A stretch of DNA of 64,000 bases, from assembly GCF_009914755.1 (NCBI RefSeq), contig NC_060936.1; one strand, given 5' to 3'. The notes under the pieces were generated by a model. That model had not been told where the DNA came from. It was given only the letters and a program-made list of their open reading frames with translations, and ran no database searches. Shown one piece after another: positions 1 through 15,149 of this stretch. The first letter of the stretch is position 1. Each line of letters begins with the position of its first letter. This stretch comes from the human T2T-CHM13v2.0 reference genome, Homo sapiens. The position numbers and the translations under genes were made by a program.

Positions 1-929
1 CATGGCTAAGCCAAATAGGTTACTGCTTCCTTTATTTCTGCCTTCTTCTTTCCTGAAGAAAAAAGTTGCCTTATCTTTAACTTAGAGTCAGTCTTTTGCC
101 TTTTTGAAAGTTTGGGAATAATCTCTAATTCTTCCCAAACTTTCAAAGAACTATACAGTCTTCTCCATTTGGTCAAACTCATCAGCATATCTTTCAGTTC
201 CATTGTTTTTCTTCTTCAGAGACATGCTCTGCACTGATTGCTCTTATGGCTCAACTATCATCTTAAGAGTCCCATTCGTCACCCTATTGCAAATTCCTTC
301 CCCTCTCTCTAAGTTGGGTTCCCTGGGTCTCCTGTTTCTGTCTTGAGTTACTCTCTTGTGTCAGATGAACACATCTTCCAGCTTCCTGAAAAAGGGTGTA
401 TTAGAGGTTCTAATTTTTCAGAGTACTCACGAGACTTCACAAAGAAAGGATAAGGCATGGAAGGCTAAAGAAAGCACAGGTGATCATTTGAGACACTCAA
501 GATATCCAGGGGCAGCTTTCAGAGTCTCAGTCACATAGGACACAGTTCATTTATGGATTATAAACCACCAAAATATGGCATATCGTGGTCTCAAGCTGCT
601 CTCTTATCTGAGGAGGAGCCTTTTATATCTCTGTTTATGTAGTCAAAAACACGTGTGAGCCCAGACTTAATAATAGAAGTGAAGATAATAGATCCAGCTG
701 CCAATCATTAGTATGCACATTTTCTATAAAAAATGCAGACCAGATGTTATAGGCTGCTCCCTGGTGTGTTTCAGACCCTGGAACAGGACTGCGTCAATTA
801 CTGGTTAACACATTTTATTCAGGTTTGTCCAAGGGCCAATACCATGACTACATTCCCCTTATATGCTAACAGGGTTGCAGCAAACTAACTGAGATTACCC
901 AGGAGGTAAAAATACCTTGAATGTCTAAC

Positions 930-1700
930 AAAAGATCTTTATTTTAATGCTTAATTCATTGTTTTCTTGGCATAAAATTCTAGGCTGACAGTTATTTTCC
1001 CTGAAAATGTGAGGGGCATTATTCCACTTGCAATCTTGCATTGCTGTTGAGAAGTCTGATCCCATTCTGATTCCTAGTTCTTTATTTGTGACTCTGCTAG
1101 CTCTCAGTCTTCCCTCTGTCCCGTATGTACTGAAATTCCATGATGCGCATTGGTGTGAGTCTTTCATCTGTTGTGCTGGATATTTAGGGTGGCCCTTTCA
1201 AAATGGAAAGTAATATTCTTCAGTTCATGGACTTTTTTTATTTAATAATTTCCTCCCTCTGATTATCTTAGTACCTTTTGGAATTTCTATTATTCAGATA
1301 TTGAACCAATTGGATTAAGTGTTTACTTTTCTCATTTTTTTCCCTATTATCTACGTTTTTAAATCTAGGTTTCACTTTTGGGGAGATGGATTCAACTTTA
1401 TATTTTCAATCTTTTCTTGATTATTTAGTTGTTTTGATCATATTTTTATTTTTAAGTAGTCTTCCTTGTTCTCTGATTGTCCCATTTTGTTAGTATCCTG
1501 TTCTTGTTTCACAGATACAATGTTGTCTTTCTTCTATCTGAGGATATTAATTATGGTTTCATTGGAGTTTTCTCCTGATCTTTGTCTTATATCTTATTCT
1601 GCAATTTCCCTTCTGTTAGTTTTAGTTTTTGCCTTTCATTTCCTGTCTAGTGTCTCTTGACTGTCTACTTATGTTTGAAGTGAAACACTAAAAAGCATAT
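930..1700 (-). mobile_element. Old L1M/HAL1-type LINE fragment (ORF1-like region)
   Basis: T-rich + strand with L1-like motifs (aaaattctaggctgacagttattttcc, gctgttgagaagtctgat); degenerate ORF 925..1167(-) resembles L1 ORF1 (ENNCQPRIL). Confidence 0.55.
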
Positions 1701-2419
1701 TTAGTTAGATATTGACTTGTGGGCCTCATTACAGGATAACTGCAGAAGGAGCCAGTAGTTTCACTGGAGGATGATGAAATTTCAGCACCTGTAGGTCTTT
1801 TCTCTTTGACATATCAGTTTCCCCAAAGACAATTCTGTTAGACTCCTGCCTAATTTACTACATTCTGAGAAGGGGCTGTTGTGGGGTAGCAGGATGTCTC
1901 TCATTCAGAATACAGACTTTCACTTAATTCCAATGTTTTTAGTAAAGCACCTGAGCGTTGTACCTAACGTCCCTTAGCATAGATCCTCTCTGATTTAACA
2001 TAAGCAGAGAGCAAAATAGAAGAAGTTCAGCTGGGAGAGAGGAGGCAAGGGAAAGGAGGAGTCTCCAGGTTGTACCCACCCAGATGAAAGGGAGGTTGTC
2101 TAATGTTACTCCCTGTTTGCAGTACCACCTACTCCTGCCTTTAAAGGTACCTGAGCCTCCAGTTCCTGAGCTTCTCGGTGTTCTCAGTCATGCTTGTTGT
2201 TGGCAACCCCTCTGAAAACACTTAGGACACAGCCTTTCCTTTCTGCTGAGTCAGCTTTGTTCTTCCAGGTGCTTTCTGTCCTTCATAGTGTTGCTAACAT
2301 CTTTTGTCTGCTTCATCTCCTCTTGTGTTCTTTCTGTCCTTGTGTACTTACGCCTTTTAAAAATACCTTTACTCTTATCTTAGTTTACTTTGTGAGGAAG
2401 CAGAGGTAAAGGCATGTGC

Positions 2420-3045
2420 TTTTAGGGGTGAAGAGAGTTTTTTCCTCCTCTTCTAAAGATTTGGGTCTAATAAAGTCTACCAAAATAATACTGACAATAG
2501 ATAGCTTAACAGGAGAAAAAGCATACAAATTTAGTAATGTGTATAAGCACAGGAAAATAACAAGAGAATGATTACCCAATTACTCATACCGGAACTGAAT
2601 GGACCCAAAGGGTAGACCATAGTTTTTGAATGATCTGTTTGAATGGGACCAAGAACAGACAATAGCTTGTGGGAAGTTATGGGAAGAAGAGCGGTAGCAC
2701 AACACTGCAAACAAAGGTTGTCCGATTATGCAGATAAAGTCTCCCAGGCAATCTCTCCAAGCTGCCCTCAGAAGAATAGACAAAAACTCTGTGTGGGCCT
2801 GGTGATGACTTTTAGTCTTTTCTCCTCTCTGGTGCTTAATCTTTCTTGGTTATTTAATGAGATTCCTAGAAAGGGAGCTTCAAGACTATTGTACGTCTTT
2901 TGGAAGAAGTTTTCTCAGGCAGATACGGGAACCTCCTGAGAGAGCCCCTACCTGTGCTGGGTTAAAAGGTCTTGGTTCTGAGGTAGTTTCTAAGGCCTTC
3001 TAACGTCCTTTGTTACTTTGGGGCTCTGTTCTCTGAGCCTCAATA
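2420..3045 (-). mobile_element. ERV1-class solo LTR, MER31/MER34/MER67-like
   Basis: Reverse strand begins tattgaggctcagagaacagagccccaaag...gccttagaaactacctcagaaccaag, resembling the 5' end of this LTR group; subfamily uncertain. Confidence 0.5.
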
Positions 3046-3726
3046 TGCCTAATTACTCGGTTTTGATTGGCAGCTCTGGACAATAGCTTTCTTATATCTG
3101 AAATGAAGGAATTAGACCAGATTATCTCTAAGCTTCCGTGACTCTCAAACGCTACAAATCCATAACTAAGTAGGTGCTATAACTTATGCAACTGACTCTA
3201 AGAATTGTCAGAATCCAAACAACAGGGAAATTACTAGAGCATGAATCATCAAGGGACGTTTCATCTTAGCTGTGGTGGCTAGAAAGCTGTGTGTGGATTG
3301 GATAAATGGAGAGAAGAGGAAGGCAACAGCATAAGTGAACTCATAGAAATGACTATGCCCACTTATGGGAACGGTACACATTGAGAAGTAACAAGGAACA
3401 AAGTTGGCTATTTACCAGGTGTATGCTTAATACTTACTGTAGAGGGCCTTCAAAAGCTGAAATATAAACTTAATTGCAATACAAAATGTCACTCTTCAAA
3501 AATAATATCATATTGTTACCAAATAGTATTTATTTTCATCCTACAACCTTCGTACAATTCTGGTTCACATCATTTCTCTTTCAGGTGAATTGAAAACCCA
3601 ATTTTTCTCTTCTAAACAAATACTTTTCAAAGTACAGTGATATTATTTTGTGAACTAATGCTGTAGTTTTTGAGCTAAACTCTAATTTTGATGTCACATT
3701 TTATACCCCTTTTATTTTTCTTATAG

Positions 3727-3833
3727 GTTTTATTGTTGTATGCATATAATTTGAAGCCTCTGAAGATTTCAGATGTTAGACATTCCACTTATAACAGTAC
3801 ATGTGTTGGCTCTTTATGGATTCCACTGAATAG
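3727..3833 (+). CDS. CFAP54: Internal coding exon (107 nt, phase 0-2), VLLLYAYNLKPLKISDVRHSTYNSTCVGSLWIPLN(R)
   Basis: Pyrimidine tract + TAG acceptor (tttttcttatag|GTT), open frame, AG|GCAAGT GC-type donor giving an in-frame join (AG+G=Arg) to 9763. Gene name from recall of the C-terminal peptide, not from a search. Confidence 0.8.
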
Positions 3834-3974
3834 GCAAGTAAAAATTCCACAACTCGAATTGTCTTTGTTGTTATCTCTCACGAGAATAGACTCTTTCAGT
3901 AATTGGCAAGGTGTAGCATAGGAGACCTGCTAAAAGGCACTTCGCGAAGAATCTTCCTTTTGTTTAGAGGAATA

Positions 3975-4150
3975 TTATATTGCAGTGCTTAAGGGCATGA
4001 ACTCTGAATCCTGCCTGCTTCATTCAAATACCAGTTGTGCCCCTTATTACCTTCACAACCTTGGGCAGTTTATGTAACCTCTGTACTTCAGTTTCCTTAT
4101 AGTAAAATGGGAATAATACTAATAATAGTACTGAGGGTTGCTGAAGGAAC
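3975..4150 (+). mobile_element. MIR SINE
   Basis: MIR core: accttgggcagtttatgtaacctctgtacttcagtttccttatagtaaaatgggaataata. Confidence 0.75.
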
Positions 4151-4622
4151 AGTTCATACATGCTTCATAGAGATTACAGAGAGCACAAGGATGTTGTCTG
4201 TACTATATTTTGCCTGTAGTTTCAGCGTGGTTAAAAAATAATTTAATGTGGCTTTGTATGGAGTTTCAAAATTAAGCCCAAACTCCACTACCTCCCTTGG
4301 CCCACCTTTCCCTCTGTGCCCAGTCAGAAGTCTCTGCTTCATCTAGGTTGTTTTCCTCCCTCTCCATCAAACAGGTCATCTCTCTTAACTTTTTGCTCAT
4401 GCCTCGTTTCTCTCTTCCTGTTTCACTTTACCAATTTCCCTGTTGTTGTTTTTTCATTTATTACTTAGTTTATTTTTGACTCCATTGTTCATTGCCCTTC
4501 TGACCTTAGCCTCCATTTCCTCCATTGTAGGATGGAAATGATCATAACTGCTCTGCCTGCCTTTCAGGGTTATTGTCAGGACTAAGATAGACAGTGTGTG
4601 AACATGCTTTGAAAAGCTTAAC

Positions 4623-4678
4623 CACTAACGCCTGTTCCATCACTAAAGCCTGTTCCATCACTAACGCCTTTTCCATCA
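4623..4678. repeat. 18-bp tandem repeat x3 (CACTAACGCCTGTTCCAT)
   Basis: Units at 4623, 4641, 4659, each within 1 mismatch of the consensus. Confidence 0.9.
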
Positions 4679-4839
4679 ATGGCTTGGTAAACAGAGAATT
4701 AGTGTTTCTCTGTCCTTCCTTTGAGAGTCTTGTTTATGTTCCATGATTTTCATTTTGAATGACTTCTTGGCATCACCATGAAAGAGACAAAGGCTGTTTC
4801 AAGTGCTGGGCATATTTTCAATTGTTCAGTCAGTTTATT

Positions 4840-4982
4840 TGTTCCTTCTTTTCTTTCTTTTCTTCTTTTCTCCTCTTCTCTCCTGTTCTTCCCTTCCTTC
4901 CCTCCACTCCTCTCCTCTTTATTTTCATTCAGTCAATTTATTTTCTTCCTTCTTTTCCTTTCCCTTTCCTTTCTTCTTTTCC
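4840..4982. repeat. CT-rich low-complexity tract
   Basis: Nearly pure pyrimidine on + strand; explains the F/S/L-rich ORFs here. Confidence 0.8.
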
Positions 4983-6535
4983 AAGTGAAATGGTCAAAAA
5001 CTTAGGTACAGGCTACAGACCAGCATAGCTAAGCAACCAAATCAGGTAATTCTGCACTTGCTTTGTAAATCCAGAAATGTAGATTTTTCCAGCCCCATAT
5101 GATGAAAATGATTATAATTTCTATAAAGTAGAAAGTCATCAAACTGATAAGCTTCTTTTTTTTATTCCAAAAAGTTTTGAATTTTGGTGTACTTCTGATC
5201 AATAGTAGGGTTACTAAAATTAGTGACAAGCCCCAGCCACTGAGGCCATCACAGAGGACCATGCCCAACAATCTTTTATCTCCTTGTCCTTTGGTGGCAC
5301 TGTGAAAATAAACTATTTCTCTCATCCTGGGTGGCATTCCTTGTGTTCTTATGAGGCTCAAGATTAGTACATGGGAAATTGGTCCTGATCATCCTTTGGA
5401 AGGCAAAGTAGGAGTAAAACAGGTCAGAAAAAATAGGCCAGAGAAGAAGAAACTTGGATAACCTGCAAATTGGGACATCCTCCTTTTATCATTCACTTCC
5501 TCATCTCCTAGTTAAGTTCTCATAAGAAAAAGTATATTTTAATTCTTTGCATTTTTTTACAGCAACAAAGGAAACAATAGTGTTCTCAATGAACAGACAT
5601 AAAACCTTCTGTGTAGTTCTATCTAAATTGTGCTGTTGTGACCAAAATCAAGTTCCTTGCCTACTGTCTCTGCCTTTAAACCTACAGTCATCCATGTTTC
5701 TACTTACAACTGGGTCCTGCCCTCCAGGCCACAGCAGACCCTGGGAGAGAGTGCCTAGGAGTCAGTAAATTAGAGCAGCGGCTGTGGGGAGCCCAGACGG
5801 GATGGTAGATGCTTGTTTGTAGTGCCAAGGTTTAAAAAGCTGGAACAGGCGTTGACCTGGAGGACAGAAATGAAGAAGTACGTGGGAGGACAGGGAAGTG
5901 AGGGGCAAATGCATGCCAGAGCACAAAGGGAGGGAGCAAGATGTAGGCAGGTGCAGTCATGGGGTCCAGGCCTCACACCAAGATTCAAGTCATCTGATGT
6001 TGCTCTTTGCATGAGGACTCAGCCTGCTTTGCCCGTTCCCAGACTGCTCTTTGTGGAGCTAGATGGGGCCATTTACTCTGCCAGCACAGGCAGTGAAGTT
6101 CTGGACACTCATGTACAATCTGAAACCCAAATGTCAAAGAACGGTTTATCCTTCCTAGAATCCCAAGTATTATAAAGGAAAGCTATGCTATTTGTGGAAG
6201 ACAAATAAGACTTCTTTCTCTAGGTATTGGAATAAAAGAATGGCGTTTTAGAATACTATCTTTCCTTCATGTGGTTACTTGTGGTTAAGAACATACATAC
6301 TTATGTCATTTCATCCTTACAAAAGCCTTATGAATTGGATGAAGTAGATTTTCTTATTCCAGTCTTACAGTAGAAGGAACCTCAGGGTCAGAGAGATTAA
6401 GTGAGTAGTCTAAGGTTTCATGGCTAGAGTTTGAAGGAACCAAGCATGACTCATCAAGTCTTTCACCTCCTCATCTTCTTTTCTCTCCAATGCATCAGAC
6501 ACCTTTTCCAGCATTATTGGAGATGACCTATTGTT

Positions 6536-8434
<1,899 letters not shown>

Positions 8435-9408
8435 TTAACTGTTGCCTTTTTAACAGAAAAGTTTCTAAGGCATACTATATAAATTCAAATCCTCTTATAT
8501 GTAATTACATTTTTAACTTTTTATTGCTGAGAGCTATCATTAGGATAATCAAGTATTGCACAGTGGTGCAGATGAGGATGCTGTGGACAATTGGAAAATT
8601 GACATTTTTGCCTATGTTCCTGATGTCAGTTTGTTTTTGGGATCATTTGCTTCTTTTGCATAAAAATTTTCTTCCTTCCTTGAATGGAGACATGCATGTG
8701 CACACACATATGTAAACACATGTATGCACATGTGTGTTGTGCCTGTAGTGTGGAGTCACTGGGGCCATGCAGGTGGCTGTTTGCCTTCTTCAACTGTAAG
8801 CCTTTTCACCTTCTGCCTCCACTCCCCTGGTCCACTCTGCCTTCAGGGCATCACTGTTAACTGGCATGTGAACCTTGTCTTCAGCATCATTGCTAGTGCC
8901 CTCCTTTGGCTTTTACTTTTCCATTTTTCTTGATTCTTCTCCCTACCTCCCTTCCTCCACCCTCTTCACTCCCATTCCCGACACACATGCAATACACTGA
9001 ATTGTTATGGGTCCGTTGACTGACCTTCTAGAGTCATTGCTAACTTGTCATAATTCTTACCTGCAGGTCAGCGGATAGTCAGAGCATGGCATTAAGACTT
9101 CCATAGGAGTAAATCTTTTGCTTTTGCCTAGATTTTGTTTCACCACATAGATAATTATTTTCTTTATTTTCATCTTCAGCAATATTTTAGATGTGTGCCT
9201 TTTTTATTGTGCTTTTGCAATTTCTAATTATATTTTTATCTGCATGTATGACAAGACCATAAACATAATGAAAGTTAAGACTGTGTCTCTTTGCTCATGT
9301 TTCTTGAATAAAGGGAATTACTGAATGAATGATGCTTGGCGATATCAGAAATCTAATCGTTAAATAACTGAGGGCTTACTTTATACAAGTTATTGATGCT
9401 GCAAATAA

Positions 9409-9707
<299 letters not shown>

Positions 9708-9762
9708 ATAAATACCTTTCTTAACTCTTCAAATAAAGTACATATATATTTGTTATTTTCAG

Positions 9763-9901
9763 GGTTATTGCAATTCATGAGAAATTATCTAATCTTGCTC
9801 AAATAGCTGAACTATCATTGCCAGCAGCTCCTGAAATTACCTCAAATGAAAACATATATGAAGTAGAAGTGGAAGAGGAATCAGTTGATAATGAAATGGA
9901 A
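9763..9901 (+). CDS. CFAP54: Internal coding exon (139 nt, phase 2-0), VIAIHEKLSNLAQIAELSLPAAPEITSNENIYEVEVEEESVDNEME
   Basis: tgttattttcag|G acceptor, GAA|GTAAGT consensus donor, open frame, GAA-rich ESE-like content; in frame with both neighbouring exons. Confidence 0.85.
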
Positions 9902-12900
9902 GTAAGTTGTTAAATAATGGAAAATGACATTGCTATAGATTATCTTTTATATCCTCAAAGCAGAACTATGTAACTGGACTTAAACTCTGTAATTCTTCTG
10001 CCTCTAGTTTATTCAGAGTACGAGACATGACTCAACTTTTTGACACATATGTAGTGTGTCTTCTGAAGGTCTGAAGGTCTTCTAAGCATACGAATTACAA
10101 GAATTTGATGGTGAATGAACACAAACGAATCCAGATAAATCGTTCAGCTATAGCTGTGAATCCTAAGAAATAATGCTTTGTGACTTTGCAATATTACTTT
10201 TATCTTTTTTCACTCTAAATCTATTATTTAAACACTTTTATTTCCCAAATAATATGTGAAGAAAAACTAGAAAATATAGATAAGCATATTTTTTCAGACT
10301 TTTTATATTACATATATTTTTTCTAACAAAAAAGGCTGTTATCCGTATAGTATGCTATTAAGTCTGGTCACACAGCTGAGTTGTTTTTCTGATGACCGAT
10401 GTTTGTATTTTGGAGGAGATGGGGGTTTTCTGTCCCTTCCTGAGTTCTCAGTTCTCCTGGGGCACAGGAGACAGTTATATGGAGACCAAAATGTCAGCAT
10501 CATTACTGATAAAGCTGATTAGTGAACTTGGCTTTAGATCTGTGGCCAAATGAGCACACTAATATTTTACCCCTGAATTAGCCAGACTTGCCCACCTAGT
10601 CATGCAGTCATCTGGCACACCTGTGTAACCACAGGGTTTCCCCATTTCCCTTCTGCCCCACTCAAGCTTACTGCATGGAGAGCAGAGAATTATAGTTCTG
10701 CAGGCAGGGTGCCTCCAAAAAGTATAAACAAAGATAGCCCAGAAGGGGTTGAGCCTAGCATGCTCTGTTGCTTTTCCCAAACTCACTGATGAGATAAGTC
10801 ACTCCACTCTTTTGTGGGTAAATCCAAAAGAAGCTGGAAGTGTCTTGCCTTCTTTGGGAGAGATATGGAAATTCCTTACCCTTTATGGAAATGAGAAGGG
10901 TAGGGAATATATGTTCTCCCCTAATTACCTGTTCTTTAAATTACCATTTGTACCTTAATTTCTTGAGAGATGTATTCTGTACTTATTGTAGCTGTTTAAA
11001 AGATAGATGTAAATGGCTTAAAACGAAAAAAGGCAATCTGCTGCCCAACCTCTGCTCACTCCACAATTCCGCTCTGCAGAGGCAACCACTTTCCACTTTT
11101 AGCTGCTACGTTTGTTATTTGCTTTCACACCTACAAATAATATTCAGTATCGGTCATGAAAGATGGGGTAATGAAAAGCCTCCAAATCTGAGTGAGTCAG
11201 CTGGGGACCTGCTTCATGTCTCCTCATGCCAGCATCCAGGTGGGTGGCACATTCATCATGGAACATCACCAGTCACTGTGGCGGGAGGGAAAGAAGGGGC
11301 ACATTACACACTGGCTCATAAAACTTCCATCATAGCACTTCCACTAACAGTTTGTTCATTAGCCAAATAATTTATATGCTGTACCAACAATTGTGCCACC
11401 AGTTTGGAAGACAGAAAGCCAGACAAAATGATGAATCATGCTGAAAGCCAGAAATTATTGTTTTTTCTGGAGGTATCAATTTTAGACAATATATTGATTC
11501 CCTGTCTGATATATATGGATTTAGCTCACTTATACTTCTCCCCAACTTCTTCTTTTCCCTTCTCTTCTATGTATTGTTACCTCACAAAATTTAATTAAAT
11601 CAATATTCAGTGTTATGACCCTGTAAATGATGTTCACAGCTGAGTCAAGTAGTGTACTATAGTTATTTTCCTTTCTTTTGTGTTTGGATTTTTCTTGACT
11701 TGTCTTTTATTCTTTATATTTTCTCAGTCATTACATCAGAACTTTCATATGTTCATCCATAGATTTTTTACTGAAGTATTCATATTTATCAAATAATGTC
11801 TCAAACGCATTTTCCTCTGGAGCCTCCCACCCTCCTGTTGCAGTTGAAGACTGAATGCTCTCATGCCTGCTGCATAGCCCTGCTTCTGGGCCCTCCTTGT
11901 GACACTTTTTGGGTTGAGTTCCCAGCTACTTGGGTCCCAGCCTCACTTTTCCAGAACTCTTGCCTACAAAACAAATTTTATTCATCATTTCTTCATTCAA
12001 CATCTTTTGCATGCCTCCTACTTGCCATGGTGTGGGAATCGGGGATGAGCAAGACACAGAGAGAGCCCTTAGGAGCTTATGGTCTCGTGAGAGCAATGGG
12101 AGACACAGACTCTTGCCTCACTCTGCTGATATCAGAGCAGAGGAAGCACTTAATTCTACCCATCTCTCCTGCTTTTAGGATCTTCTCTTTATTTTTGGTC
12201 TAGTATATCTTTTTGACTTAAATCATGTTCTGCTAGGAATATTTAATTGGGTGTCAGTAACAAAATATTTTTAGTTCTGAAAGAATATTATTGTTTTGGC
12301 TTTGTTTTCTTGTTTACCTCATCTATACACTTTCATTATGTGAAAGTGTAAAAGTCAGCAACTTTCCTGATATTTAGAAGGTACTTGTTGGCATTTTTAG
12401 TTTGAATTCATCAGTAGAGTGAATGAATGCATTTTTCATTATTGTAAAAGCAGCAAGCCTAACCATAAGAGAATCTACTGTGCAAGTACAGTTAGCCTTT
12501 GCAAAATGCCACTTTTCAGCATTTATGACTTCTGTGCTCTGTGCCTAGGTATATCATGGGGCAGATGTCTTAGAATTTTGGTTGAACATCCTTTTCAGTG
12601 TCCTCCAATGTTGCAACATGAATTATGATGCTTAATGATGTACTGAGTGCTTATAATAAATCCCTCAATATATCAGATAACTCAAACTATCTCAAACTTG
12701 GGAGGTTTTATGGCTATAACTATAGATATAGGTTTATTTTATAAAGTGCATGATTGCCCTTTCATGTCTATTTTCAAAAATAATTCAGCTCTCTATTTTT
12801 ATACTTCTTTTGTAGAATACCTACAATGACAGTTTTTAAGCCACATACCAAATTTACCATATTGCTGTTTTTGAGCCATGGTCTAGAATATTCTTTGCTG

Positions 12901-13690
12901 AAATTGTCCCTAAATTCACTACTATCTGGTTCATATATGGAAAATGATTATTTTCCTCTGAACCCATTTTCAGCTTAGATTGTCTGAGGCAGGAGAATGA
13001 GCATCTGTTAGAGTAAGGATTCTAGATTGTACCCTCTGCCACTCAGCTTTACTACTGAAGGTCCGTCTCTTAGCTTTTCCTGGAGCTCATTTTCCTCTGA
13101 ACTCCATAATGATCTTTTCATTCAAATCCTGCTCTGAGATGGAGAGATGGGCTCTTTGGGTGGACTGAGAGTCACCAAAACATCCTTGGTGGGCAGATGT
13201 AGGTATCAAATTCATCAAAATGAACCCAGCATCTGAGTCAAGAGGTTGACTATAAATATAAACAAATAAGAAATAAATGAGGTCGAGGGTATGGTGGTGT
13301 CTGAAGATAAGTGGAGGGAGGAATTTGGAGGACCTACCTTGCCTTAAGAAAGGCTTATGGCTTGCTTTCCTGTTCCAACTGAAATGGTGGGTGTGCCTGG
13401 ATCAATCCTCAAGTAGAACAAACTCTTTTCACTCTTAATGTTCTTCTTTGTGTTTTTGAATTTGTTTTATTCTCCAACCTAGAAAGTGTTTCTTCAGCTT
13501 TAACGTGGGGCATTTTAGATATTTTCTGGCTCCGTTAGTTCTATATATGGAAGAATATCACCAGACAGAAGGAACACTAATATTCGTTTAGGTGAATTGG
13601 CAAGCAAATTAGCTCACAGCGTTTGAAAGTTGAGAAATGAAATTACATATAAATTTTTCTATTTTCCACAATACTAATGAGCACTTTATT

Positions 13691-13707
13691 AAAAAAAAAA
13701 AAAAAAA
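13691..13707. repeat. Poly(A) run, A17
   Basis: Seen directly. Confidence 0.9.
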
Positions 13708-15099
13708 GCTCGATTCTGGGTTGTATCAGATAAATTCCATTGACTAAATCTGCTAGTTTGTTGTCATGACAACCTTCACATGGAGCTAATTAGAAGTTAA
13801 GTAGGACACTTCTAAAAGAGATCAATTCTGGTCTGGAATTGGACAGGATTTCATAGCTTCCATAATCTATTTATTTCTATTAACAGTATAGATTGTTGGT
13901 GGGTTATTGAATATAAGGGTGCAGAAAATGTGTCTTTGGTTGACATGGGGGGAAGGTAGTGAATCTTGTTTTCTTCTTCACTCCCTTTTATGTATATCCC
14001 CCCAAAACCCTAGGGTCCAGAATAAGCCAAGAACTTCAGAACACATATATTAATTTAAGATGTATTGGGAGGACTACAGAACAGGTGTTCCAATCACTGT
14101 TGGCTTGAAAACCTTGTGTATCCTTTTTTCTAAAGTGAACAACACTGGCTGTGAATGGCTGAGTTATTTTAATCTGTCATTCACAGTTAACGGGAGTGTT
14201 CAGAGCCTGTCAGGTGTTCTAAAGCATATGGAAGATGCAAAACACCCTGATTTTAAGATGCATACACCTTATTTGGAATGATAGCATACTGATATGAAAA
14301 GTTTAGAATATGTTTGCCAAGTCACCTAAGGTTAGTTCAGCAAACATTTATGAAATGCCTGATTGTAAGACTATTAAAATTAATATATAGGGAGTATATC
14401 CCAACTATTAAAGTACTGTGAGAACACAGAGCAAGATACAATTGGAAATTAGCATCAATTCACAAATTCTTTTTGAGGAACTATTATGTGCAAACTATTT
14501 CCAGGCTTGAGGAGGTGAGAATATACAGAAATCAATATAACCAGGTCCCTGTCACAGAGGAGCTTAATCAATGTACGAGTATGGCCATAGGTACCCAGAT
14601 GTCATTCCTAATGAGCCCAGCCACCCAGTAGCTCTGTCGTAAGAAAGTGTGGCAGTCAGTCTGATGTCCCAATCCATTGAAAATAATCTAAATCTTTCCT
14701 GTCTCTTATAGGAACATCCCAGGGGGAATCCTTTAGAATACACAGAAAAGTTTCTTGTAAATCCTCTTTTCCCCAGCTGTCTTGCTCTCATAGCTCTCTG
14801 GCATCCATAGCAGCTCTCTAACATCTGTCTCATTTGGCTCAAACTCCAACACCTTTTCCTCCAACTCAGTCTATGTAGAGATTTTTGTTTGTTTCTTTTC
14901 TCCTTCCCAGTCTGGCTCAGCAATTTATTATGTTGTTCAACTTAGTACCTCTGACTTCTTCCAGTTTTCCTATTTCCCCATTATCTACATTCTGCACTGT
15001 ATAGACAGGTAGAGTTGTAGAATCCTTCCTTCTTGGCAGTGGGGTTACTGATGCAAACTCTTCTAACTGATTGTATTTAAAGTCTCATTTACATAGATC

Positions 15100-15149
15100 G
15101 TGTGTGTTTGTCTGTGTGTGTGTGTGTCTGTGTGTGTGTGTGTGTGTGT
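15100..15149. repeat. Interrupted (TG)n microsatellite
   Basis: Seen directly. Confidence 0.9.

Noticed and set aside
3834-3921. Extension of ORF 3733..3921 beyond the exon
   Set aside because: Intron read-through past the GC donor; only 3727-3833 joins in frame with the next exon.
10840-11370. 176-aa ORF
   Set aside because: Non-ATG start, no convincing splice signals, overlaps degraded repeat-like sequence, no recognisable homology.
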